From NCBI GenBank assembly GCA_000320545.1, contig ADNK01000199.1, forward strand, positions 1-33,186: a DNA stretch of 33,186 bases, in the 5' to 3' direction. A model generated the notes under the pieces. That model was not told where the DNA came from and searched no databases. It saw only the letters and a program-made list of their open reading frames with translations. The stretch is from Bigelowiella natans CCMP2755. Taxonomy: Eukaryota > Protista > Cercozoa. Below are positions 1-13,962 of this stretch, in pieces; position 1 is the stretch's first letter; every line of letters starts with the position of its first letter. Made by a program: the position numbers and the translations under genes.

Positions 1-40
1 CGTCTCTCTCTCTCTCTCTCTCTCTCCTTCGTTTGTTTGT

Positions 41-84
<44 letters not shown>

Positions 85-334
85 TGTGTGCGCGCGTTTG
101 TCTAACTTAAAACCGTGAGATGCGAACGATAGGAACATTGTGATATGATGATGATGATGATGATGATGATGATAATGGTGATAGCAATGGTGATGGGGTG
201 AGGGTGAGCAGTGGTAGAGCTAGAAATTGAGCTGATGAACAGCATGAACGTGTCGCATTGCTTCTCCTCTCTATTCTCTCCTATTCGTTGTTTTCCTTCT
301 CTCCGCCCTTCCTTCCCTAATTTCACTTTCTCAC

Positions 335-1200
<866 letters not shown>

Positions 1201-1706
1201 TTGTTCCTCCTCCTTCTCTCCTCCTTGGCTGCTGCTTCGGAAGTGGATCTGAGTTCTGAGATAGAAGCTCTCTGGAGATTCTCTGGAGTGTTTATACTAC
1301 TTAATTATGTATCATCAATTTATGTTGTCGCGTAAGAAAAATGCCCTATAGTTCATTTATTTTAGGCAGATCTATTTTGGGCTGACGTTCCGTATCTAAC
1401 GAGTGTCCGTAACCTCCGATACACTTCGGCTCTTCCTTTCGTCTTTGAGGTACGATATGCATAGATCTATGGGGGCGGGCGGAAGATGATAATGCCATAA
1501 CCCTGACCAATTTGTTCTTTAATAAATACACGACAAAGTACATCGTTTTCACCACATGTACTCGTTTATGTACTAGTTTTAGGACTGACGAACAGGCACT
1601 ACTCTATAAATCTGTATTTTGTTTTCTCGTTATCGTTGTTTGAAAAATAACTGCAAACATAATTGCTTTCTTCCTTACTTGTGAAATAGGGCCTTCTCTC
1701 CCAAGG

Positions 1707-1858
1707 ATGCTTATCTTGACAATATTCGGAGTAGGGTTGATTGGATGCACGAGAGGTGCAAGTAGTACCTCCTCCTCATCGTCAAATTCCTGGAACTACA
1801 ACTATGAACCATATCCGAACTCATGCAACTATCACGGGAAATACGGTATGTGACAAAC

Positions 1859-1900
<42 letters not shown>

Positions 1901-2477
1901 GTTAAGTATATTTACATAGTGTTTGTGGTATTATCATCCTTGTCAAGTGAAGTACCATTTGTGTGTGCACCTAAGGGCCTTATTGCTGGACATCGGCTTT
2001 CTCTACGTGTGGGGGTAAATAAAATATTATTTTAGAACATTGTGAAATTGCTATTCAATGAAATGGTTGGCGCTGTTCTGAAATGCAAAATTATTCTCCC
2101 ATTGCTCATTCTTACGTATTCATCCTTTCGTGTTCATCATATATTAGACGACTCTCAATCTCCGATCAATATTGCCCATGCAAAAGTCAATGATTCACTC
2201 CACCGACTGGACGTGACAGCTCCCGCATGCCAATCAGTCAAGATGTTCAATGATGGTAAGTAGAAATATCAATAGAGCCTACTAGTATATGTTAGTGTGC
2301 TTACAACTATGATGAGCACACTCATAATCACTTGTATGCCCAATGAATGAGGACATTTTCCACAATAAATGATGTTCCACAACCATCGGATAGATAGATA
2401 GCTGTTAAGAAGTGCAGTCTCATGGCAGCAACAGACATTTTCTTAAAGGTATTATCATTTTTCTTCCCTCCCCCCTC

Positions 2478-2526
<49 letters not shown>

Positions 2527-2800
2527 AATCTAGGGCATGCCTACGAGATAGAGTTACACGATACCTGCCCTACGTTTGGCGTGCATTACGGTGATTCAAT
2601 TTATTGACCAATATCCTTATTTGTATTATCATTATTCATTAGTATTGTCAATATTTCTCAACTCAGTATTATTATTTCTAATTTATATTAAAGTGGTAGT
2701 AATGCATACACTCTGTGCATGAGAGATACGAATTTGCAATTCAATTATACCATCATCATCTATATGATGTGAAATATTCTATTCTCTTCCTACCCCTTTG

Positions 2801-2839
<39 letters not shown>

Positions 2840-3261
2840 CCAGGAGACTCTCATTACCACCTAGAAAACCTGGAATTTCATGCTCCTTCAGAGCACACGA
2901 TAGGGTATTATCGTGATGAAGAGCTTGAGAAATTGCAGCAGCAGCAGACGTATAGGAGGAGGAGTACATTTTGAATTTAATCATAATCACTTCCACTCCA
3001 GATAGAATATATGCGATTTTCCTTTTGAAAAAGGGACTTGAAAAGGAATGAAAATGCATCCTCCTCCTCGTCCTCTTCCTTCACTGACGATAATGTTTGT
3101 GTTCATCATCATCCAATAAACAGATCTTCAAGATACGCAGCAGAGATGCAACTCGGTGTGTTTTATTATACACCTATCACCACGTTAACTGCATTCATTG
3201 AATATCAAATATTACTTTATTATCTTCCAAAGTACAAACGCCCACTACCCACACACAAACT

Positions 3262-3294
<33 letters not shown>

Positions 3295-4764
3295 ACATGT
3301 TGAATCATCATCATCATTCCGCAACTATATTTGCAGTGCACAAAGACAGCTCTGGAAAATACCTGATAGTTTCAGTTCTGATGGATTCAAGTAAGAGTAG
3401 TAGTTGTAGTAACTAAGTAAGTAAGTAAGTAAGTAGCCCTTGAGAGAATAATTCATAGTGTGCTGTAATTGCTTCTTAGCATGAAATTAGACTTTGAAGA
3501 AGATAGAGAACAATTATGGAAAATGAAATTTTGAGATCACTTGCTATCATCTCTACAAATCAAGCATTGGAACGTTACTCACTCACACTGAATCTATGTG
3601 TTCTTCGCTCGTCCACGTGCCTCCTCCTCCTTCTTCTTATTCTTCCACCTTAGGCCTTGACGAACTGGGTCGAAATAACTTCATCGATTACATGTAACAA
3701 TAACAATAACAAATATTTCCGCCTCCTCCTCCTCTTATTTCCCCTTCTTTCTGTTTCTCTGTCATCATCATGATCATCATCACTAGCCATTAATCCATTC
3801 GTCTGATACATATGAATACATATGATGTAGGTGGGGTCTTGGAACCGATTTCCACGACGGAGAGGCCAATTCCATTATGGTGGACATCAAGCACTACAAC
3901 ACCCTAACAAGCGTCTCTGCATTATCTCTTGATCGGCAAATAAATCCTTATGAGGAGCTATTGCCTGCAAGCCCTGCATATTTCGCCTATCAGGGAAGTC
4001 TCACTTCTCCACCGTGCACTGAAGGTAGTATTATCATCGATGTGTTCATTCATCAAGGAATCTTGTCATGTTGCAAAATATCAGTATGATAATGATAATG
4101 ATGATGGTGATCATCATTATCATCGTCGTCGTCGTTGTCGCCGCCATCGTTGTCATTTGATTCTTCATGCCTCTTCTTCTTCCTCCTCCTCCCCCTCCAC
4201 TCGTTGTTCTGATTGGTGATGACAACAACCTGCTTAGGTGTGGAATGGGTGGTTATGGCTGAGCCAATAGGCATTAGCACATCGCAGGTGATAATTATCG
4301 TCATCTTCATCATTATCATCATCATCATCTTCATCATCATATTAACAGTAGTAGTTGCCAATAGACCTAGGTTGTTCTCCTTGACCATCATCGCTCCCAT
4401 AATTCTCATTTTATTTGCATCCAACATGTCTTCTTTATACTGCTGCTGCTGTTGCTGCTGCTATTGTTGTTGTTGTTGTTGTTGTTATAGGTTGACTATT
4501 TCACATTTGCGATGTCAAACGTTACAAATGCTACGAACTATCCTCAATATTCCCACCACAAGAGCAAGTAATTTAACAAAATACACGACGACGTCCATCA
4601 TGCCCCCCCCCTTATCATCATCAGCTGTTGTTCTTCTTCGTGATGATTATGCTGCTATCTTATCTTGTTGGGATTGATTATGTTCTCTCTCTGCATGCAA
4701 AAGGTATATCAACAGCCGTCCTATCAAGCCATTGGGAACTAGAACCGTATCCTTCTATGCTGGG
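1707..4764 (+). CDS. Alpha-carbonic anhydrase-like domain with signal peptide (12 exons, 304 codons), non-canonical metal site
   Basis: Exons 1707-1845, 1976-2014, 2148-2255, 2534-2590, 2844-2904, 3124-3155, 3337-3390, 3654-3693, 3831-4024, 4238-4287, 4491-4567, 4704-4764, all GT-AG and phase-matched. Alpha-CA motifs appear in order: WNY..GPYCW..C, QSPINI, NDGH, YHLENLEFHAPSEHTIG, EMQLVH, YFAYQGSLTSPPCTEGVEWVV, NSRPIKPLGTRTV. Hydrophobic N-terminus MLILTIFGVGLIGC. Confidence 0.93.
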
Positions 4765-5038
4765 GTTAGTATTTTACCCATTTCGTAGTAGATGATGACA
4801 ATCATGATGATGAGTAGGAGGAAGAAGAGGAAGTGGAGGAGCATCATTGAGAGCCACATCTTCCTTCATTCGTTGGAAAATAGACATTGTGTTTTGAGAA
4901 TTTTTTGGATTGTAGAATAGAGAGAGAGAGAAAAGTCATAGTACTGCCAACGATTTCTATGTTGTTCCGTGTTCTGATTTTTGCGCTACTACTACTACTT
5001 CATCATTACTTCCACCAAACAATTGACTACTCTCTCAG

Positions 5039-5152
5039 ATAGGACACTCGTCCCATTCATCACATGATGATCACCACGAAGATCCTTGGTATACACCGAT
5101 GATAATGCCGCTGGGGGATGCGTTTGCATTCTTTGGGGTAGTAAGTAATAGC

Positions 5153-5184
<32 letters not shown>

Positions 5185-5507
5185 CAGTATATAGTGTCTT
5201 GTGTAGAAAATAATATTAAATGCCGCCGTGGTGTGATGCTCGATCCACCACGAATAATCACACAAAGCTTACAATAATCGCATCAATGTCATTATGCTGA
5301 CTACTGCTACTACTACCACACACCCTCTTTACCAAGTGGTGATTGATGTTATCGTTTAAAAAAATATTAGAAGCAGTACTACAAATAGCCTCGATGGATT
5401 GTTGTTGAAAACAACAAAGACACTATATCATCAGCATGAATATCCTCACTGTGATCACTCATGATTCAGTGTGCATCATGTTGTCAGTCGTTGTCTTGGC
5501 CCCCCTT

Positions 5508-5542
<35 letters not shown>

Positions 5543-6075
5543 CGGTATTATTATTAGTGCGTGGTATTCGCTGCTGCTGCTGCTGCTATGAGTCATCATC
5601 ACCTAAGGCAGAAGAGTGCTAATTGCAGTCTCTAGTGACTTAATGATAACCACGCAGTAATTATTCTTCATCAATCCTCTAGATTCTCATTATGTTGGCT
5701 GGAGGTGCTACAGCTGCATTTAATTTCCTGGTCTTTCTGGCCAACAGGGTGCTGGGTCAGAGTTGGGAAGGGTATGTAGTAGTAGTAGTAGTAGTAGTAG
5801 TAGTACCACTTGATCCAAGTGCTCTACTAGGGAGGGGGGCGGGAAAACGATGACAATGATGACAATTAAAACATAACAAAACAAAAATGATAATAATCAA
5901 TTGTTTCCTATTATGAAGATATGTGCAGTAGTAGCGATAGGGTGATGATGCAGAAGACTACAGCAGAGAAAAGTTTGATGTTTTGTGTCATATATACAAC
6001 ATAGTTCCCACCAGCGCTGCTTCTTTTACATTTACCTATTTCATATGATTCGTTCGTGTACTCTTTCTCCCCCAT

Positions 6076-6120
<45 letters not shown>

Positions 6121-6216
6121 AATAGAATTGTCATCGAGCCACACCCTACTTTCCGCCAGAAAATTACAATCGATCTCATCAGGAAACAGGTAGTAACTCT
6201 ATCTTAATAACCTGCT

Positions 6217-6248
<32 letters not shown>

Positions 6249-6494
6249 GTGGTGGTGGTGGTTCATGTGCGAGCGTCTGTGCTTGTTTGTGCTGTTTGGT
6301 GCTTCATCAGACTGCTGCTGCTACTACTTCCCCGTCTATTCATTTGCTTAAATTATTAATTTGCTGCTACTCTGCACTTATTTCTTTTTAAGATCGCAAA
6401 GAGCATTGTCGTGAGTCTAGAAGCCCTCGTAGCATCGGTCCCTCTTTCACCGATGAGACAACAACAACGATAACGACGACGACGTTAAAATACA

Positions 6495-6533
<39 letters not shown>

Positions 6534-7373
6534 CGCAAATTAAGAACAACTCAAAGATCCAACAATCAGGCTCTGTAAATGATGGTAGCTTTGCCGTTCG
6601 TTGTCCTACGACAACATTGTTATAAATTACACATATAATGTGTGCATGGAGAGGGAGAGAGAGACTATGATAATGAGGGTGCGTCGTTGTTTGGGTGATG
6701 AATTGAAATCACTACAAGCTACGACTAGTATCATCAGAATTAGCATGATTAGTTATTTCCTCTTCTAATACATGCAGCATTTATGTTCCTATATTTGACT
6801 TCAGGATGTGATTGAGACTTTGGCCAAGCCAGTACACTCGATGACGTTCACCCAGTTGGGGTTGCTCTCTGTCGTCGTAGCCATTCGTACTGTTCTCTCT
6901 TTCCATTTGAATCACGATCTACACAGCATCGATGTAAGAATTAGAAGTTATCACAATAATAATAATAATAATACTGCAAAACAGAGACAGTAGAGTAGTT
7001 GTTGTAGCTGCAGTAAAAGTCGTAGTAGTAGTAGTTATAGTGATGGTGGTGGTGGTGGTGGTGATGGCGGTGCTTTTAGCGTAAAATAATGAATGATTTC
7101 AAACTTATTATTGCACTCCTTCCTCGTCTATTGTTGTTCTTCTTACTATTATTACTATTATTGTTCCCCACCCTTTCTCCATGATCTTCCTTCCTTCAAA
7201 CGTACTTATTCTTCCTTCCTTCCTTCCTTATGGATGTTGTTGTTTGTTAGCATGCAATTCACCAAATGCGTAAGGATGAACATGAGCATATCGAGGCTAA
7301 GGTATAGATCGCTATTGTTGGTAGCAGCCTGTTACGCGTACACACAAACACACACACACACGCACACACACAC

Positions 7374-7413
<40 letters not shown>

Positions 7414-7572
7414 TATATTCCGTTTTAACGAATAATCTAAACGCTACTCTTTTATCCATATCTGACCGGTCATAATAGCAAGAGCACAAGGCGCTATTGA
7501 AGATGCTAACAGCTAGCGAAGCTAACCTACCCAAAATAGATGAGGTAGTAAGTAAGTAGTGGTAGCAGCAGC

Positions 7573-7604
<32 letters not shown>

Positions 7605-8386
7605 GGTCATCATGATTATCATCGTAAACTTAAAACAGTGACGACTACCACGACCACTGCCAAACACGACAAGCATGAAGAACACTGTGGATGATATTGC
7701 TAGCTGTCCTAAGTGTTGGAAGAGAGCTGCACTTCCTTATGTCGTCTCGAATTAAATTTATGCCACTCCTAACACTGCTACTGCTACTACTACTCTCTCT
7801 CTCTCTTTCTCTCTTTCTCTCTTTCTCTCTTTCTCTCTTTCTCTCTCTCTCGCTCTCTTAACAGAATGACAACAACGATGAAGACGACAAAAGACCCAAT
7901 CCTGAGCTTGGAAGGAAGTCGGAAGCTGGTTCACTCGTGCTAATTCCCAGGTCAGTGGTGCACGATGTTGTTATCAGCGTTATTGTTACTATTATTAGCT
8001 TATTCTTACCCTCGAGAGCGGTGTCATCGATGTGCCCATTACATCCATGATGAAGGGAAGTAGGGAATATGATGCTTTTGTAGTCGTTCATATGACCGTA
8101 ATGTTAGCTGTTAATAGCATCATTTGTAGTGCTCGCTCATGCTCATGATAAGAGTGGTTTATCATTATAATAATGATAATATTAATAATAAGGTCTTCGT
8201 CTGGCACTGCTGCTGCTGCTTCTGGGAAGGAAGTAGAACTGAAACAGTTAAAGGTCATAGTAAAGGAAATGAACTTCTGTTAGAGTTGTGTATTGTAGTA
8301 GCAGCAGTACCAGTGGGTATGCAAGATAATTTAATTTGTCGCTATGTGTATGTCTGTGTATCTGTGTATCTGTGTGGTGAGACACA

Positions 8387-8440
<54 letters not shown>

Positions 8441-8687
8441 AAGGTCCCGATGTTTCCTTTCTTCGGTTACGTTAAATTTCATATCTCCATCCAACGTCTC
8501 CATAACGAATGTTCTCACCGGTTTTTATTCATAATAAATACACAGTCGCCTATCGTCGAAGGATTACTACCGCAGCCCTGAAATTCCGGATGGGAAGCTG
8601 CTCCAAATCCTGCATCATCCAAGACGCGATAAAAGGGGGCTAGCGGACCTGCTGTCGAAATATGGAACATCATATACTTTGTATTAA
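5039..8687 (+). CDS. DUF1622-like membrane domain plus C-terminal tail; probably the 3' half of the carbonic-anhydrase-like gene
   Basis: Exons 5039-5140, 5683-5771, 6126-6189, 6393-6437, 6805-6933, 7479-7544, 7865-7950 and tentatively 8546-8687. Spliced sequence TIDLIRKQIAKSIVVSLEALVASDVIETLAKP...LGLLSVVVAIRTVLSFHLNHD matches the DUF1622 pattern R..LG..L..GLE.LVAADI..T...LG.IV.IRT.LS..L..E. The last exon(s) are less certain. Confidence 0.8.
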
Positions 8688-9440
8688 TAATTGGATTGGC
8701 AATTGACTTGATAGTAGCGTGCCGATTTGCGATTTGCTGCGGAGAAATATTCGCGCATTTATTCGGATACGACCATCATTATTCAAAACTGATTGTCGTG
8801 GACAAGGAGACCAGGGGAAAGTAAGATCTCAACTAATATTGGATGCCATCATAGATAGGGGTGACCGAATCCAATAAGTCATATATAAAGTAAATTATGT
8901 AACGAACGATTGAGCGGACAGCTTGGAGTTTTGACACAGTAGTCTCCTATAATCTGGGGCATTTTAAACATGGCCATTGACGTTGATAGAGTCAAATCTT
9001 TGTATCTTTATTTAATAATGATAAATATCACACATAAACGCAGCCAAGAAATATCCGTATCATATGCATTGCGCAGGCACAGGCCTTTTGCACGTGCTCA
9101 CGAATGCGTAGCATTGCAAATGCTACTACTCACATGTTAGTACACACATCACCTTGCGATGCGCAGCAGCACCTAGCGGCAATGAGAGAATGAATGTAAA
9201 TGAAGTAATTATGATCGATGAAGTCAAGCTTGAAATACAAATATGCACGTGCTAATTATATATGATGTTTAGCTAGCAAGTAGACGCTGCATGCAGCGGC
9301 TGACATATTCTTAATATTCTAATATTTCTAGCCCTAGTTATATTGGTTGTGGATAATGTGGTCAGCAACTACATGTGCCCTGTGCCTGGTAAAAACTCCG
9401 CCGTCGGTAAACACGAGCCTGTCGTGCTACGTAGCTGTTT

Positions 9441-9635
9441 CACGTGGAGCCGCTGCATTGCACAGCTACATTAGCATGCCCTTTGAAAATATTTAATCAA
9501 TTCATTACATGACAATGGAACACAAACAGACACAACATGAGCGCTGTAGCCGTTGCTTTGCATAGCTACATCAGGATGACCATTGAAAAGATTTAATCAC
9601 TTGACTTCATCCGTCTCACATTTCATTTGCCCATC
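9441..9635. repeat. Dispersed repeat copy A (two degenerate tandem subunits)
   Basis: 9541 gcgctgtagc..ttg..catagcta.at.aggatgaccatt.aaaa.atttaat.actt..cgtc.cacattt aligns with 21501-21624. A weaker subunit lies at about 9445-9508. Confidence 0.75.
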
Positions 9636-9924
9636 ATGTATTATTTCCCATTCGACCCAGTATAAGTATAGCGTAGCTAGCTGAATAAAACCTCAATATA
9701 GCAGAGATTCATGCGGAATTTGTCAGCTGCTTCTGTATTATAATTTTAAATGTAAATCTCAGTCCTACTACGCGCCACAGAGTCGGTCCCGAAGTTCGTC
9801 AAGATCACGAAACTAGAAAATGAAGAATAATGACAACCACAAGAGATGTTACGCATGCATCAATTTCAACGTAATGATGAGGCATGTCGTATGCATAAAG
9901 TGTAAAGCATACACACAACACTAA

Positions 9925-11636
9925 TCACGCCAAACCGAAAGCCTTTCCTGATACTTCTAACAATGGCAATAATAATTTCATCAACCGCATATGCTTGTGC
10001 GGCGCATCAGGGTTACTTACTTGATGATAGTGCCAAGCAATTTCGGGGTCGACAGCGTCCAGATTAGAGGTTTGATAATGATGATGTTGATGATGCCCTC
10101 TTACTTTTAAGATTCGCTGCAACAACTCAGAGACCCGACCTGACGAGTCATCCCATCATCATCATCATCATCATCATCAAAGATATTACAACTTCATCTA
10201 AATATTGTCACACTATACAGAACCATCTTCGAAAACAACAACAACAACAACAACAACAACAGCAAAGAATGGAGTAAAAGCAAATTATATATGCAAACAC
10301 TGCTACGGCTTCCCGCTACTGGCCTTCAAGTTGATTTAATTCTTCTGTAACCTGAAACTTTTCTATTCCGTGGTGGATTGTTAGAGTCATCATCGTTGAA
10401 GTTGTTGTTTCCTTCCCCTCTCTCCTTACTCTTGATCGATTTGAACTTGCGTTTTCGGTTAAAATTCCCGGACAATCTCGCAACCGTATTGTGAGGGGGG
10501 ACAAAGTGCTCGATACGACTACTACTACCACTCGCAAATCGATGATGCTCACGTGATGGGTTGCAAACATTATCTGCCTCATCCCATCGGCTGCTACCGT
10601 CGTGGGCTGTTCTCTAACAATGTTCACGTGTACTATCACTGTTTGTCTTGGTGTGTTTTAGTGACTTTAAAAGAGAGAGAGAGAGAGAAAAAGAGAGAGG
10701 GAAGATAGATAAAACTAAAACGAAGGTGTAATGGGATTAACAACGACAAACAAGCATGCATATACATACACATAAACATACAGGAGTTAGGACTCAACGA
10801 AATCAAGCACAAGGTCTGTCCGTTATAACAAAATCATTTTTCTGATGGCCGAACTACCTGAATCTCAAATTTGAGATCATCATATGCTGACACGATTGCA
10901 CAGCAGAGCTTCCAAGCATTTCCACGATCCTTCCTCGTCATCTACGGTGTTCAGTACATGCAGGTTTCGCACAAAAACGTTTGCTCTTTCAGTGTGGCCA
11001 AATTTAGTTTTTGTTTGTAATTGACTCATTGCAAAATAAAAGCAGTCAAGCACAGCGCACCATATCCTACCTGATCAAAAGAAACGAGGAGGGTGGTGCA
11101 GTAGGGGTGCCTTTTCGAGGAAGAAGAAGGAGAAGACGAAGGAGAAGAAGAAGAAGAAGAAGAAGAAGAAGAAGATATCGTGTGTGGATCAGAAATATGC
11201 CGATAAGATATATCAATGATCTCTCGTTCAGCCAATGGCGCAAGAGCAGCAGCAGCAGCAAGAAGAAGAATGCATGTTATCTCATCATATCATCGATCCC
11301 ATATAGCATCCTGACATATCTCTGCGTAATGATTTCGTATCTAGCAGTACCTTGCCAATATCCTCTCTATCATGTACTGTTCAGCTCTCCATGTGGCCAC
11401 AAACTCAGGATCCGCATCGAAAGAAACTTTAACGACCTTTATTCATGCATAGTCCATGGCTTTGTGCATGGAAGTATTGGTAGCATTATTTGATTCATTT
11501 GTTGTTTAGTCGTTGTAATACCTTATGACGATGACTATCACCATCTTCTCCCATTTCGCATGCTTTGAAATGAAGCTACAATTCGTTGTGTGCGTGTGTG
11601 TGTGTGAGAGTTCATAAAGAGCATTATGTGTGTGTA

Positions 11637-11696
<60 letters not shown>

Positions 11697-13135
11697 TATA
11701 TACGTAAACTTTCAATTTTTTATTAACACACACGCGCGCGCGCATTCTGTGCGTATAGGAAACATGTGTACCTGGCCTATCCCAGGGAAAATTTTGTTAC
11801 GGGGTTTTCTATGAACGATAAAATCGACGCGCAGAGAAGTGTAGCCCTGATTGTGAATCATCTCAATCTTTCAGAAAAATTATCTACAAAGTATCAAAGC
11901 GTAAAACAGACTACTGTCTAATATTTTATACAACTTTGTACCTCCCTGTAACGCTGTGTGTGCTTCATATTGAATATGTTATCCTCTCGAAACGAACGAT
12001 TCAGCCCAACAATACTTTCACCTTCCTGTAGCGTCCCTATTAGGTTCTTGACGGCCTTCCCGAGAAAAATAATATATCACACAAACAACCCACCCCCACA
12101 GCAGCATGTTTGAGGAAGAGGACGAAGAACCCATATCAAAATAAAGCTAGAATCAATGAAGTAACTCCTACGCACCTTTCGCAACATCGTTGCTCGCTCC
12201 GAGAATACACAACCAGTGCATAAAGTGAACAAAATGAACACGGCCAGGACCCTTGTGCCAACAAAGCACGCACTACTGCACGAAGCCTGCTGATACCCTT
12301 TCCTCCTCATGGTACAATCGAGTCAGAGAAACCTCCACGAGTCATCCCTTGCGTTGTTGCCATAGTCAGGAATCCTCATGAACATACGGGTATATTCGAC
12401 AAATCTCCTTCCCCTCCTCAAACGCAAATGAAGTCTTGCTGAGCGTTTCCAGGCACGTGGTATCTGAGGTATGTGCGACAACAATGAATGTATGTACTAC
12501 TACTACCGCTATAATCATGGTGATTTATAGGTAAAATTGCATGAACGACAAAAGAAATCATCAGCGTCACCACGTCAGCGGCTACATAGTAAAATTACAG
12601 GAAATCATCCAGTGCATACTCCATTGAAAGGAAGCAAAAGAAAAATTCCTTTTCATTGTACGACAGACAAAATTCATGTCGAAACAGTGGAAATGGCCTC
12701 CTATTCCCACATTCCCGTCGTGCTTCAAGTTGTGAGAGCAGGTTGAGCTAAAGATTTTGTGTCCCCCGCCCTGCTCTTTGGTTGTAGAACGCTATTCCGT
12801 CCACTCCAGCATTGTAAATTATAGCTCTGATTGGCTGCAATCATATTCAGAGATTTTAAGTCAAAATATCTGGATATCTGGAAAATTTGTTTTCGAACTT
12901 AACAATCATGCTCGAGTTTATGGTGAAGGTAATGGACTAAGGAGGTTTCTGTATTTGAAGCAACTAATCTTCTTATCTTTGGTAGGGATTGAATTTTAAG
13001 TCCAATAATGTTATGCAAAAGAGTGAGATTCTTTCTAAGACAAGCTCCGTGCACCATGCACCCAAAACCTACCTCAGGGTGAGGAGGCACTTTTTCGCTC
13101 CTCCTCCTTTCGATGCCAACTTCATTTATGTACAT
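9925..13135 (-). CDS. Multi-exon hypothetical protein (5' structure unresolved)
   Basis: Phase-consistent spliced run ...EEDNIFNMKHTQRYRE|GYTSLRVDFIVHRKPRNKIFPGIGQ|VVKVSFDADPEFVATWRAEQYMIERILAR|IWCAVLDCFYFAMS... and terminal exons ...NRKRKFKSIK...RKVSG|RVSELLQRILK...KAFGLA* (stop 9925). Upstream exons at 12.1-13.1 kb could not be joined unambiguously. Confidence 0.55.
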
Positions 13136-13926
13136 GCTACATTTCAGGGTTCAGGAAACAGGTACTATAAAGCAGGAATGGTCGTCGCTATGGGATGTGG
13201 CTTGTAGTATTGCAAATTAAATCTTTACGTTCGTGACAACTGAATAGTTTACTGCTACAACATTAGGATTTTTGCCGCATTCACTCCGAATTTGATGTTG
13301 GGCAAGGGCCGCTACGACTAGAGCAGAGAGGGAAGTGCTGAAATTCAGAGAGTTTTAAGAAGTTCCTTTTTTTGAGACTCAAGAAATTGAAAATTGGCAG
13401 TAAGGCAAAGAAGACAATATCTATAAAGATGACCTTAAATCTATTACTCAGGAATTAATTTATCTATTTACGTACTCAAGATTTATTTCAGCCTGCATTT
13501 ACTCATCCAGAAATTAAACACATGTGCAAACACAAGAGCAGCACGTGCGAATAGTACATCTGTGAACACACATAGACATACCTAGATAGAGGGTTCTGTA
13601 ACATGGCTGCATGTCTAGATGTGCTCCTCAAGGCAATAGCATCGTCACTAGAGCACGCCGTGCTGCACTTGCTGATGAACACCATTAACAAGCTTATGTT
13701 TGAGTCGGCACTTGCAGGCACCCAGATGCATTTTCTATAACGATGTGGTAGTGCGCTTTTGACTCTTGCGAGTCATACGTACGTGTTCATTGTGGTGAGC
13801 CATCAGCTTTTAAGATTGCGCGGCGAATGCTGCCATGTGTGCTTGTTAGCTTGCTAGCTTGCAACCGCGTGCATGCATACCAGGTGCAGGTGTATGTGCT
13901 GCATGAGCGCCTACGTTGGCCTGCTA

Positions 13927-13962
<36 letters not shown>

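Noticed and set aside
1346-1555. 69-aa minus-strand ORF between divergent genes
   Set aside because: No recognisable motif or splice link to the adjacent gene; likely promoter/UTR sequence.
12800-13125. Possible F-box (LLTL...ISRYFDLKSL)
   Set aside because: The exons could not be joined in frame and the similarity is too weak.
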